A stretch of 64,000 nucleotides of DNA from Antedon mediterranea. Its lineage: Eukaryota; Animalia; Echinodermata. The stretch spans positions 12,400,001-12,464,000 of the forward strand of contig NC_092674.1 of NCBI RefSeq assembly GCF_964355755.1, read 5' to 3'. Under the pieces are notes generated by a model. It was not told the origin of the DNA, did no database searches, and saw only the letters and a program-made list of their open reading frames with translations. Positions 51,120 to 63,569 of this stretch are shown piece by piece (position 1 is the first letter of the stretch; each line of letters starts with the position of its first letter). Both the position numbers and the translations under genes were made by a program.

Positions 51120-54100
51120 TTACTATTGGTTTCATTTTACCGTTACTTAGAGGGGATATGTTTTTTTTTAATGTTTTATAAAATCAAATGAAAATCTTGA
51201 TTCATATCAATTTATTGTATCATTTTGCATAAAATACAATCTTGCTCTACAGCACAACACAATGCAAAAACAGAAAACTGAAAAAACCACGACATATCAT
51301 TCTCTAACATTCAGTGCCCTAAAGACATATGGAAACAATGATTACGGAATCTATTACGAGAGGTGATGGACCTTTTTTTTAACGTCAAATGAGTGCATTG
51401 GATAGGTTAGGTCTTGCAAAATTGAATGTGTTTCCTCAGTAAAGTATCTTATAAAAAGAATCGAAATGAGATTTGCTTAATTATAACTACTAAAGTCCTA
51501 TACGTGAAGCATAACTAATAATACGTTGCAGCTAATTCTTACATGTGGTACAGGTAAACTATAAAATAAAGAATAATGAGAATACTTTCAATGACAGATT
51601 TATAAAAAAAAGACGTAGGCCTATGTCTAATGGGAGGGTTAACTCGAAAGATGTGAGTCTATGTAACAGTAAAGCCTATTTGATACTCTCAGAGCCATAG
51701 TAATTATTTCATTGACATGCATACTTGTCTTGGACAAAATCTGAAAAGAGGCATAGAAATCAGATAGGGGAAGTGGAATGTTACAAGTAGTCAATATAGT
51801 CATTATATCCTAATAATTCCTTCTGATCACTCTTAAGCGTGGTTGACACTGAATTGTTTGCATAGACTATACCCCACTTCAAGTATTATTAAATTATAAT
51901 AATTATGACCTACAGTATCCACGTTATATCACCATATTAAATAATTTGTCATTGTTTAAAGAAAACATTAATCATGATGTTTTGAAAGTGTAATAAGTGC
52001 TACTAAGCGCCTTTGATGTTTACATTGGTAGTTAATTACTGTAATACAAACTTATCAATATAAGTATATGCAAGTTACTTTTGGGTAACTTAAAATTAAT
52101 TGTCATAAACATTTTTTTTAATGATACTGGTATGTACTTTTGTATCTAATTTATCCAAAACAATATTATTTTAATTATAAAATTTTAACATTCAATCATT
52201 GGAGATTTTGTGTGATGTACTTCCTAAATAAAAAAAAATAAGTATGAAAGCAAACATAACAACAGACAATGATTACTAGTTTCCCGAATAATTGTTGAAT
52301 TAAACTAACATTTTGAACTCAACCATCACCGTGATGATATCGGGATATCCGTGTTAACGCACACAGTGTAACAAACATCTTGAAATACACTCATACTCTA
52401 TAAACTGAAAAAAATATATAGTGCTGAATTATGTCTATTATGTGTCATACAGTACTAAATGCGAATAACCAATAAAGTAGTGATTTTTTTCCCTTGGGGA
52501 AAAAACAATGCATTTAATTTGATATTTTTCTTGATAGTATAATATTCAATTGTTTGGTGTATGTCACTGTTATGAGTCCAGGTAAGCACAACTGTGGCAT
52601 CTATTGTCTATAAACGTCTATAAATTTCAAAACCTTTATTGTCTGAATTCGTTTTGAATGAAGTTGTAGGCCTTCAAATTCAAATGTCAAATGAATACTA
52701 ATATTGGTGTCCTTTCTACATGATCTCAAGCTCTTCCGCTAGTCACCTAATCGACCAAAAATATTGGTATGCATACAGAGAGTCATGTCAGGAATAAACA
52801 ATGTAAGTCGCTTATTACGAAGATGGACCTATTTCATTATGTAACTGCTGTTGTCACTATGATGTTATTTACGTACATAATTTGTATAATTAAAGTTTAT
52901 CTATTGCGTAATCAGTTATGTTTTCTGATTGAACTTAACTGATTTTAAATCAATGGGAGCTCATCAGTTATATACATTATAATCATTTCAGATTTGACAA
53001 AATAATTAAAACTGATTACTTTCCGATTATCAGAAAGCTTAAATATGTTAATATTTACATAAACAATGGTACGAAGACGTAAACTTACTGTGAGCTTCTG
53101 CATGTAAATTAAGAGGCTAATTATGCATTTTCAAATAACAGTTCGGAATAGTTGGATTTTGTTGCTTATGTTCGCGAAATTGTCTTTTATTTCAAACTCA
53201 CAAAAACGGGAAATGAAAATTTCGTTATTAAAAACATTATTTAAAGCTTATTCAGTATAGTTAAATTATTCAATTTATTCATTTATTTATATGTGTTGTT
53301 CCTTTTTTTTCTTTTTACTTGGTTAGATAAAACATGTTAGTGATAAAATGCCAATATTCTAGTTAACATTCTTCATTTAATGATAATCCCACAAATTGCA
53401 CTATTTGTGTATACTTAAATAGGTAGCTCTTTTCGTATATTTGTTGCTGTTAGGAAAATAAATATTTCACTTCAAAAACTTTCCAAAAATAGTGGTACAC
53501 AACAATGACAACAAAAAAGAGGGGAAAAAACTCTATTTTACGTTCTTGTTATATAAATATTATGAACGACTGAATTATATAGCACATAATATTTATGTGG
53601 GTAACACTTACTTTTGCCTGAAGATCCAATTTAGCACCTTCCTTGAGCAAAATAGTGCAAACATCTGTGTGGCCGTTTTGTGCAGCCACATGTAAAGGTG
53701 ACGCTCCATCCTGAAATATTACAAACATTATGTTATAGTATTTTCTATCTCTAAACAAAGTAGTAAAATATTGTCCTGAAATCAAAACGATGTGATCAAT
53801 TAAAAATGACGGTATAGTTTTAAATAATGCTACATAGTTAAATTAAATAAAGAGTATTAGGCCTAACCCTTTTTTTAAAGATAATGTATTGTATACATAT
53901 ACATTTGTATTTCTTGTAGACCTATAACATTTGTTTATAGTGCTTTATAAATTTATAAAACAAATAAGTGGTTTTTTTTTGGCCTGAAAAGTAAAACTTC
54001 ATCCGGTAGTGCTAACTAGTCTGAGTGTAAACTGGCAGTTACAGCTAAAATATATCTAGCCTCCAAATTCTGTTCAGGTAACACATTTTGACTGCTAAAT

Positions 54101-56360
54101 TGTTACTATTGGTTTCAATTTACCGTTACCCGGAGGGTATATTTTTTTTTTAATGTTTTATAACATCAAATGAAAATCTTGATTCATATCCATTTATTGT
54201 ATCATTTAGCATAAAATACATTGTTGCTCTACAGCACAATACAATGCAAAAACAGATAACTGAAAAAACCACGACATATCATTCTCTAACATTCAGTGCC
54301 TTAAAGGCATATGGTAACAATGATTACGGATCTATTACGAGAGCTGATGTACCATTTCTTTGAACGTCAAAATAGTGCATTGGATTGGTTGGGTCTTGCA
54401 AAATTGAATGTGTTTCCTCAGTAAAGTCTCTTATAAAAATGAATCAAAATGAGATTTGCTTAATTATAAGTACTGTAGTCCTATACGTGAAGTATAACTA
54501 ATAATACGTTCCAGTCAATTCTTACATGTGGTACAGGTAAACTATAAATAAAGAATAATGAGAATACTTTCAATGACAGATTTATCTGAAAAGAGGCCTA
54601 GAAATCAGATAGTGGAAGTGGAATGTTACAGGTAGTCAATATAGCCATTATATCCTATTATTCCCTTATGATCACTCTTAAGCCTGGTTGACACATAATT
54701 GTTTGCATAGACTATACCCCACTTCAAGTATTATTATAAATATATTATATAATATATTATAAATAATAATAAATAATATAATTATAAATAATATATTATA
54801 AATATTATAATAATTATGACCTATCCACGTTCTATCACCATATTAAATAAGTTGTCATTGTTTAAAGAAAACATTAATCATGATGTTTTTAAAGTGTAAT
54901 AAGTGCTACTAAGCGCCTTTGATGTTTACATTGGTAGTTAATTACTGCAATACAAATACCTACTTATCAATATAAGTATATGCAAGTTACTTTTTGGTAA
55001 CTTAAAATTAATTGTCATAAACAGGTTGTTAAATGATACTGGTATGTACTTTTGTTTCTAATTTATCCAAAACAATATTATTTAAATTATAAACTTTTAA
55101 TATTAAATCATTGGACAGTTTGTGTGATATGTGTAATGTACTTCCTAATTAAAAAAAAAAGTATGAAAGCAAACATAACAACAGACAATGATTACTAGTT
55201 TCCCGAATAATTGTTGAATTAAACTAAAATTTGAACTCAACCATCACCGTGATGATATCGGGATATCCGCGTTAACGCACACAGTGTAACAAACATCTTG
55301 AAATACACTCATACTCTATAAACTGAAAACATGTATAGTGCTGAATTATGTCTATTATGTGTCATATGGTACTGTACTAAGTGCGAATAACCAATAAAGT
55401 AGTGGTTTTTTTTTTCGTAAAGAAAACAATTCATTTAATTTGATATTTTTCTTGATAGTATAGGCCTAATATTCAATTGTTTGGTGTATATCACTGTTAT
55501 AAGGTAAGCACAACTGTGACATCTATTGTCTATAAACGTCTATAAATTTCAAGTCCTTTATTGTCTGACTTCGTTTTGAATGAAGTTATAGGCCTTCAAA
55601 TTCAAATGTCAAATGAATACTAATATTGGTATCCTTTCTACATGATCTCAAGCTCTTCCGCTAGTCACCTAATCCACCACAAATATTGGTATGCATACAG
55701 AGAGTCATGTCAGGAATAAACAATGTAAGTCGCTTATTACGAAGATGGACCTATTTCATTATGTAACTGCTGTTGTCACTATGATGTTATTACGTACATA
55801 ATTTGTATAATTAATTTTTATCTATTTTGTAATCAGTTATGTTTTCTGATTGAACTTAACTGATTGTCAGAAACCTTAATGTGTTAATATTTACATAAAC
55901 AATGGTACGAAGACGTAAACTTACTGTGAGCTTCTGCATTTAATATATACTATTAAGAGGCTAATTATGCCTATTTCAAATAACAGTTCGGAATAGTTGG
56001 ATTTTGTTGCTTATGTTCGAAATTGTCTTTTATTTCAAACTCACAAAAACGGGCAATGAAAATTTCGTTATTAAAAACATTATTTAAAGCTTATTCAGTA
56101 TAGTTAAATTATTCAATTATTCATTTATTTATATGTGTTGTTCTATTTTTTTTCTTTTTACTTCGTTAGATAAAACATGTTAGTGATAAAATGCTAATAT
56201 TCTAGTTAACATTCTTCATTTAATGATATTCCCACAAATTGCACTGTTTATGTATACTTAAATAGGACGGTAGCTCTTTTTGTATATTTGTTGCTGTTAG
56301 GATAATAACTATTTCACTTCAAAAACTTTCAAAAAATAGTGTTACACAACAATGACAACG
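51120..56360. repeat. Second tandem duplication (about 51120-53510 vs 54105-56360) bracketing an ankyrin exon
   Basis: Colinear blocks run from TACTATTGGTTTCA..TTACCGTTAC to AAAAATAGTG.TACACAACAATGACAAC. Confidence 0.9.
53612..53710 (-). CDS. Ankyrin-repeat exon (DGASPLHVAAQNGHTDVCTILLKEGAKLDLQAK)
   Basis: 99 nt, TTTCAG acceptor, GTAAGT donor, phase 0-0. It is visible inside ORF 53549-53785. Confidence 0.92.
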
Positions 56361-57709
56361 TGTCGCCATAAAGCAAATATTCAATTCACAGGAATTCAGT
56401 ACATTATTGTTTTATATTATTGTAATTCGATGTTTTCTTCACTTCAATTATTATCCTATTGGAAAAAAGGGTTTAGTCAAGTCAACTTTAGATCTGCAAG
56501 TGACAGAGAAGCTTTTCTCTTGTCCGATGTCAGGTAGTGATTGAATCTGAGTTAAACGTTTTTAATAAAGCATTTATTAGATTTTCGTAATACTTTACGT
56601 CACCCTTCATAGGTATTAAATGTGATTTTAATATGCATTTTCGACTTATAGTATATTCAATAATTATTTCATTCTTGTGTTTGATTTGTTTAGTCTGTAA
56701 ATCAACAATGTAATTATTATTACTCTGAAAGGGTCTTACGTGACAAGATTTTTTATCTTCTAGTATTGATCCTATTATGGTTTCTTTATATCAATTCTAT
56801 TTTTATCTTTTTACTATTTGTTTGTTATACTGAGCCATTTATGAAATACATGTTGTTGAATTAAATTGATTTGAATGAATATTATTATGAATAGTTTGTC
56901 TTGAATGAAGTTTAATTTAATTTGAATTGCATGTTTATTGTATTAACATTTGTCTGTAATTGCAGTATTACTTTGTTTAAAATGAATCTTATAGAAACAA
57001 TCGTAATTCTTACTAGTAGTAGGCCTAGTATTGTCGTGGATGCCATTCCATTTTCATATTGTTATTTGTAAATTAAAGTGCAATTAACCCAGCAATTGTC
57101 ATATTTCATTTAGAGTAGTACGTCCTGTACGCCCTCTATAATGTTCCCTATTATGTCATAATTAATCATGAATTATTATTATATTATATGCCCACATTCG
57201 TCCTGAAAAAAAAAAAATTACCCGTCCTGTACTTAGAATTTACTTTGACGGCGCCCTTCCACATAACCTTTTATCCCATCCCATCCTATTGAAACTGAAT
57301 TTAGACATTTTTAAATAGATTTGATTTGGTACGCTACCAATAATACTACTGTTTTAATAATACAGTAGAAAGATTTCTCGCCTATGTAAACAAAAGAAGG
57401 GTTACTTCTTGACACTCTCAAAAGGCTTTATAGATTGTTGCTATTAATTCGGTTCGAACGTAAATGAGTTGGCAGTAAATGAATAGAAGTTTTAAAAGGA
57501 AGTTAAAGAGAGGCGTATGAATGAAGGTGAGCGAATAAGGCCTATTCCACATCTTTGTATGTGATTGATGCGTTTATACCTATAGACACTGTTATATACA
57601 TTCTGTAAAAGCATGTTTCATTGTTGTTGCCGACGGATCGATTATGATGTTATGTATAATACAGGTCATGATTATTGTTATTAAAATAGGAAAATAAACT
57701 ACTAAATTA

Positions 57710-58560
57710 GGAGACCTATGCTCGAGGGCTATTCATAGACTTTTCATCTGCATTTAATTTGATGCAGCCTCATATTTTAATGAATAAAATGTCTGAATGG
57801 AAGGTTAATCCTTACCTGCTCTATGGGTTGGTGATTTTCTTACAAATCGGCTACAGTATGTTAAAGTATAGTCAATGATCAGACAATTGAACGTGTTCAT
57901 GAAACCAAATATCTTGGTACACATATTGATGATCAACTTAGTTTTGAAAAAAATACGGCCGAGATAATTAAGAAAGGTCACCAAAGGTTATATTTCCTAA
58001 GAAAGCTAAATAAATTGAATGTTAGCTGTGGTACTTATTATAATTATTCTATGAAACAGTTATTCAATCAGTACTAGTTATCTCTTTTATTGCTTGGTTC
58101 GAGAGAAAGGTCTCATTAGAATTACTAAGATAGCATCAAATATAATTGGTTGTACGGTTAATGATTTAAAATATCTTTATGAAAAACAGGTCCTAAGTAA
58201 ATTAAGTAAAATTTTAGAAGATAAGACACATCCATTACATATGAGATTTTTTAAGAACAAGTCAGGCCGGTTACGGGCTCCTAGAGCTGATACGTCACGA
58301 AACCGACTGTCTTTTGTACCAAATTCAACTCGTACTTTTAACTCAAAGATTGTTAGATCATAATAGCGCACATGCAATATATATTTTAAAGTTTTACCGT
58401 TGATGGATGTTTTAATTAATGTTTTTAAATTGTAAATTTGTTTTATGTATGATGTAATTATGAATGTTTTACCATATTTTTCTGTCGAGGAAAACAATTT
58501 TTCCATGTACAATTTATTTTATATGGAACGAATAAAGATTTGATTTGATTTGATTTGATT
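57710..58560 (+). mobile_element. Rex1/Babar-like LINE 3' fragment
   Basis: Encodes TYARGLFIDFSSAF, KYLGTHIDDQLSF, QRLYFLRKL, DKTHPLH and SFVPNS, and ends in an (ATTTG)n tail. Confidence 0.8.
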
Positions 58561-60319
58561 CATACTTTATAATAATATTTATTAAAAATGTGCTTATATA
58601 GAATACAATTTTGCTTATGTATCCCTGTTTCACATTGATTAAAGCGATTGACATTATTATTACAATGTAGTAGCAGTTAACAATATATATCTCAATTATG
58701 TATTGAATGAAATTTAAAATTACTTTATTTTTTATTAATACGTTCATTTTAATAATGCTTTTAAACCAAAATTCAGATTTAACCAGTCTAATTTGTGCTG
58801 GAGAAAGAGCAGTTCAGAGCACAGGATCGGCTAAATGCATGACAATCACCTGAAACTAGTAATTGGATTGTACAGACGCCTATTAATCGGATTGTACAGA
58901 CGCCTGGTGTCATTCTCACACCGAAGTCCCTTTCTGTTAAAACCATAGGGTCTAGTAAAATCTCGAAGGTACTCTGACGCCAGATTATCGAGACAATTAT
59001 GAACATTCAAATGTCTTACATTGAATTCTACAATGTAATGGAAGCCAATGAAGCTCAAAAGGAAGTAATATAAGTCTAGCGTTTTGTAATATTTTCATTT
59101 TTTTACCAAAGATACCAACAAACTCTGTGTTACATTAGCCCAGTCCACAAAGGGACCATTGGCATTAGCGCACGTCGTATTAACGTAAAACTTTCTAATT
59201 CTGCATAGACCTTTCGCTCACCCTCTATAAGTAAGTGTGGACGATGGATTGTTTAAAAAAAAAACCCTGTTACCATATAATTATTGCAAATTACAATTTG
59301 TAAAATAAACCTAATCTGGTTGTCAGTGCCATTTTTAGACTAAATAAGATGAGGAATATAACAGTTTAAAGTACCATGCTTATTATTCGGGGCGGGTGTG
59401 TTTTAGGGATTGGGGCGTTCATTTGTGAGAGGCGTTTTTTGATCAAATTTCATATTTGTATATATAGATATAAACAAACCTGTCTTTAGATATAAAGAAT
59501 ATTAACACAAAGACTAATTTTTTTTAACACAACAGAATTTGTATTATCAAGATACTGATTTATGGTGGCCCATCTATTGTCCTTTTGTTGTTTTACATCC
59601 TTTATTACTGTATGTTAATTTCATTGTTATGTATTGCTTTTGCTATTTTTGAGTGTTTAGTAAATGTATTTGTTAGTATGGGGCAAACCTCTAACTATCG
59701 AAATCTTTTTTTCTTTTTTGCTCCAATTTGCTTTTGCTATTGGTGAATAAAGAAGAATATAAAATACAATTGTATTTAATATAATGATAGAGTAAACGAT
59801 TGTATCAAATGCTTGGTATTATTATTATTATTATTATATTCTGGAGAGTTTGACACCAATTACAACTTTCTGTGTCAAGTAGTTACGGAGATATGATATC
59901 TGTTGGATATTGGATCAAAGGGCAATAGAGGTATTTCCGGCCATTTTCGGACAAAATGTGCTATTACATCAAATAGGAACATGTACATTCCAAACATTTT
60001 GATACCGTAATTAACTCTCTATGACCAGTGGTTGCCAAGATATCATAGTCTACTGTAACTGGCGACCATTTTGAAAAAAAGCGCATTCACGCAAAATTAC
60101 TGCCCGTTTACCCAATATATTTGGATTCCCCAGAAATAACTGGTCTAGAAAAGTCATATGAGAATTTCTACCTCTCCGGGTGGCACCTACCTCATTCATA
60201 GTTTCTTAGTAAAGTGATCTCTAATCAATCAAATTGAAAGTATACGTGAAACATAATTAACAATACATTTGAGTTCCAACTTATCCTTACATGTGGTCCC
60301 GGTAAACCATGCAACAATG

Positions 60320-63068
60320 ATAAAAGTGAGAATACTTTCAATGACCGATTTATAAAAAAGATGTAGGCCTGATGGGAGGTTTAACTTCAAAATATTTAAG
60401 TCTATGCAAAAAGTAAAAACGTTGAGCATGGGCCTTAGTAATAATACTTATTGTCGTGCCATTTAAGATCTCTAGTGATTTATTTACAATGTCAATTCAA
60501 GAGGGGGTATTTCATATTGTAGGTGATTTACATTTTTTTTATAAAATGTCGAGTGTTTCACCTGCTTTGATAGAAACTATACTGTAATGAGTTGAAAATA
60601 TAAACATATTAGTATATTAGTAAACACATGATGTACTGCAAACCAAACTAGTGTATTTGTGCACATAATAGTAGGTGACATTTGTAATCGAGACCGTTTT
60701 ATTTGACACGAAAACATGTGAACTCATAAAAAACGTACATAATCATATAATGTAGTACATTTTGAATGTTGACATGACATGATAAACATTAAACATGTTC
60801 CTTCTAACATAGATTTTTCTCAGCTAACTTAGATTTCGTTTTTAAATACGGTATATTGTTTTATTTATTGTAATGCCATGTGTTCTCTACACATGTCGAT
60901 ATAGTTAGGGTACGGACATTTATCTTAGTATTACAGGGTAACACCGTGGCTTAAAAATATATTGTTTATTATAAAATATAGACCTTTGCAAAAACACTAC
61001 TTAGTTTATTAATGAAAAAGATCTTAATTGAAATATACATTTCAATTAGATGTACGCGAGTGCAAATAAAACATCTAAATGAATATGTATTTGCAAAAAG
61101 CTAAAATTGTTGTTGAATTGTTGTTTTTTTAGAACACACTACTAAGTGGTTGGTGTAACTTCACATTTATGATATATTGAAACATTATATGTTAATTTGT
61201 CACCTTAATATGGACCTTTGCCATATACGATGATTTAAAATTCAGAGTTTTAGTATTATAGTATTACAGTTAAACCCCCATGAGTACTTTCGAAAAGCCT
61301 GTTTGTTCTTCATCTAAATACTGGACCATCTCACGTGAGCGCCATCTCACGTGAGCGGCCGCGGAACATTTGATTACAGCACATTATATTATTTGTATGG
61401 TAAATTACCTCCCGTAAGCGGCCAAACAACAACAATAAATGGATGCAGTCGCGTGCGCAAATTTCAGTTAGTGTTTACCGACCGACCGAAGTATCAAAAT
61501 ACAATTTTCATACTTATATTGTGCTTTAGGTTATATAATAATTAGCTTTATTTCGAAGCGGTTTTAAAATATTTATGTGAAGAACATTCCTATATTTTTA
61601 GTCGCGTGGAAGCGACTCTATAGTTCACTAAGTCGGTCGGTCGGTCTGTCGGTCTGTCGGTCCGGTATCACTATGCGTTTTATCGCTTTCTAACCTTATC
61701 TTGATATCAGTTTAATCTAGCTAGGTCAATTTTTCACAGTATATTCCTGATGGCCAGGAATCGATGTGGTTATGTTTTCACGGTGCGCAATAAAAAATTA
61801 CGCGGTCTACGCACGATTTAACGAAATCACGTTTGTAATCATATCTTCACAACCATGAATCAAAATTAAATAAAATTTGGTACTCATAAATTTCAGGGCA
61901 TAAATCATCATATGGCAATACAATTACGTGCGTAGCGCATGTAACGCATGCGTACGCGCGCTTAAAATTTTCAAAATTTTCTATGAAATAAGAGTACGTT
62001 TCAGGCAATTTTAAGCGTTTACAAAATTGCCATGAGTGCGCATATTTTTGCGCGCGCACTGCGCGTTAAATGTTGTTACCCACTCTTTTTGCCCGATTTC
62101 TGTTTTCTTGACTTACTTTTCAACTCAAAATTACGTTATACGAGCACGTCAAAAGTGACAGGCTACGCACGTGTAAATTAAAAAATATAAATGTTTTTAA
62201 ACATTTCAACATTTTTAAACATGTTCAGTAATTTCGGTCAGTATAGTTCACTATGTCGGTCGGTCGGTCTATCTGTCGGTCTGTCTGTCGGTCTGTCTGT
62301 CGCTCTGTCTGTCAGTCCGGTATCACTATGCATTGTAGCACGCGACTTAATGGCCGTTGGCCTTGTTTTAGATGAGATAACTACACTTTTTGATTTTGAC
62401 CGACCGGTTTGTCTGAAAATCATAAATAATACTAAACCACCTGATCATAAACAATACAATACAATTAACTAGAGACTGTAGCGGCCCGTTGTGTTAAGAA
62501 AGCCGAAAAATATCGTGCATAGCCATAATACGTGATTTTGGCCTTCTATCGACAGAACCTCCCGTAATCGGCCACTTTTCAATTTCATAAAATAAGGCAA
62601 TTAATAGGAATTGATACCTTAGTGGTTATAAAAGCCCAGGTCTATAGTCTACTTTATTTAAGTGTGGTCAACAACATGAATTCCAGAAAAGTGAGTGCTA
62701 AATTAAACTAAATTTGAACTCATCAAGCCCACATTTTTGTCGCAAATACTGTAGGAGCAAATCCAAGCGTAAGCAACTAAAGAAAAGATATATAGGCCTA
62801 GCATAGATGTGATAAGTAAGCCCATCAATTACAATTTCCACGGTTGGTCCCTTTCGGAAAATAGAGAACCCTACGAACCCCTCTTGCTATGAGCTTGACC
62901 TTCACCGTGACGAGTTCGAGTTATCCTCGTTAACGCATACCCTGCAACTAACATGAAATACACATACAGTACTCTATGACGCGAAAAAATAATGTTCATA
63001 GTGTTCTGAATTGTGTCGATCTATTCTGTGTCATACAATATTAAGTGCGAATAACCAATATAGTAAAG
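60320..63068. repeat. Intronic block paralogous to 33830-35770, with HINE insertion, cut off by an LTR
   Basis: Colinear similarity to 33830-35770 ends at the TG that starts the LTR. Confidence 0.85.
61596..62366 (+). mobile_element. Helentron-associated interspersed element (HINE/DINE-1-like)
   Basis: Inserted in a T-run, with the empty paralogous site at about 35179-35186. Subterminal IRs AGTCGCGTG / CACGCGACT, (GTCG/GTCT)n microsatellites and a 3' GGCCGTTGGCC hairpin. Confidence 0.75.
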
Positions 63069-63470
63069 TGTAGTGAATTTATCTTTAGTTGGTTCCGAGC
63101 TTTCTCAGGCGTATATATTTTCACGCGACGTACACTGCTGTCACTGAATGATAACTCATACAAAAAGTATATTTAACTCAACTAGAACATTTATTCCTTG
63201 TAATTCGATTAATACATCTTTCTACCACTACCAGTCAAGCCTTAATATTTTCTTTATCATCTTTCCGTTTATCTACTCTGATCTTATTCTCTCTTCTCCT
63301 CTAATATCTATTACATTCTACTTTTATACTGGATATGCAAATTTTAGGCTTCAGAGGAGGATAACATTTTCCCTCCGAAAATTATACGATTTTGATTGGC
63401 TAATAATAAGGCGGACCTGGTCTAAAGCATCCTTCTCTAAACACAGAGAATCACAACATTTAATATGACA
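63069..63470 (-). mobile_element. 3' LTR (402 bp) of a Ty3/Gypsy element
   Basis: TG...CA termini. On the minus strand the polypurine tract AAAAGGGGAA (63471-63480) immediately precedes TGTCAT. Confidence 0.8.
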
Positions 63471-63569
63471 TTCCCCTTTTTGGGAAAAAGATTGTGTCAA
63501 TCTTTCCAAAAATTTAACATTTAAAACCATTTTACTATAAACTATCTACAAATAACACCTCTATAATAA

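Noticed and set aside
60229-60429. ORF LFYKSVIESILTF as a host exon
   Set aside because: It is an old Rex1-like RT C-terminal fragment carried in the duplicated intron block, with related remnants near 33840, 51580 and 54560.
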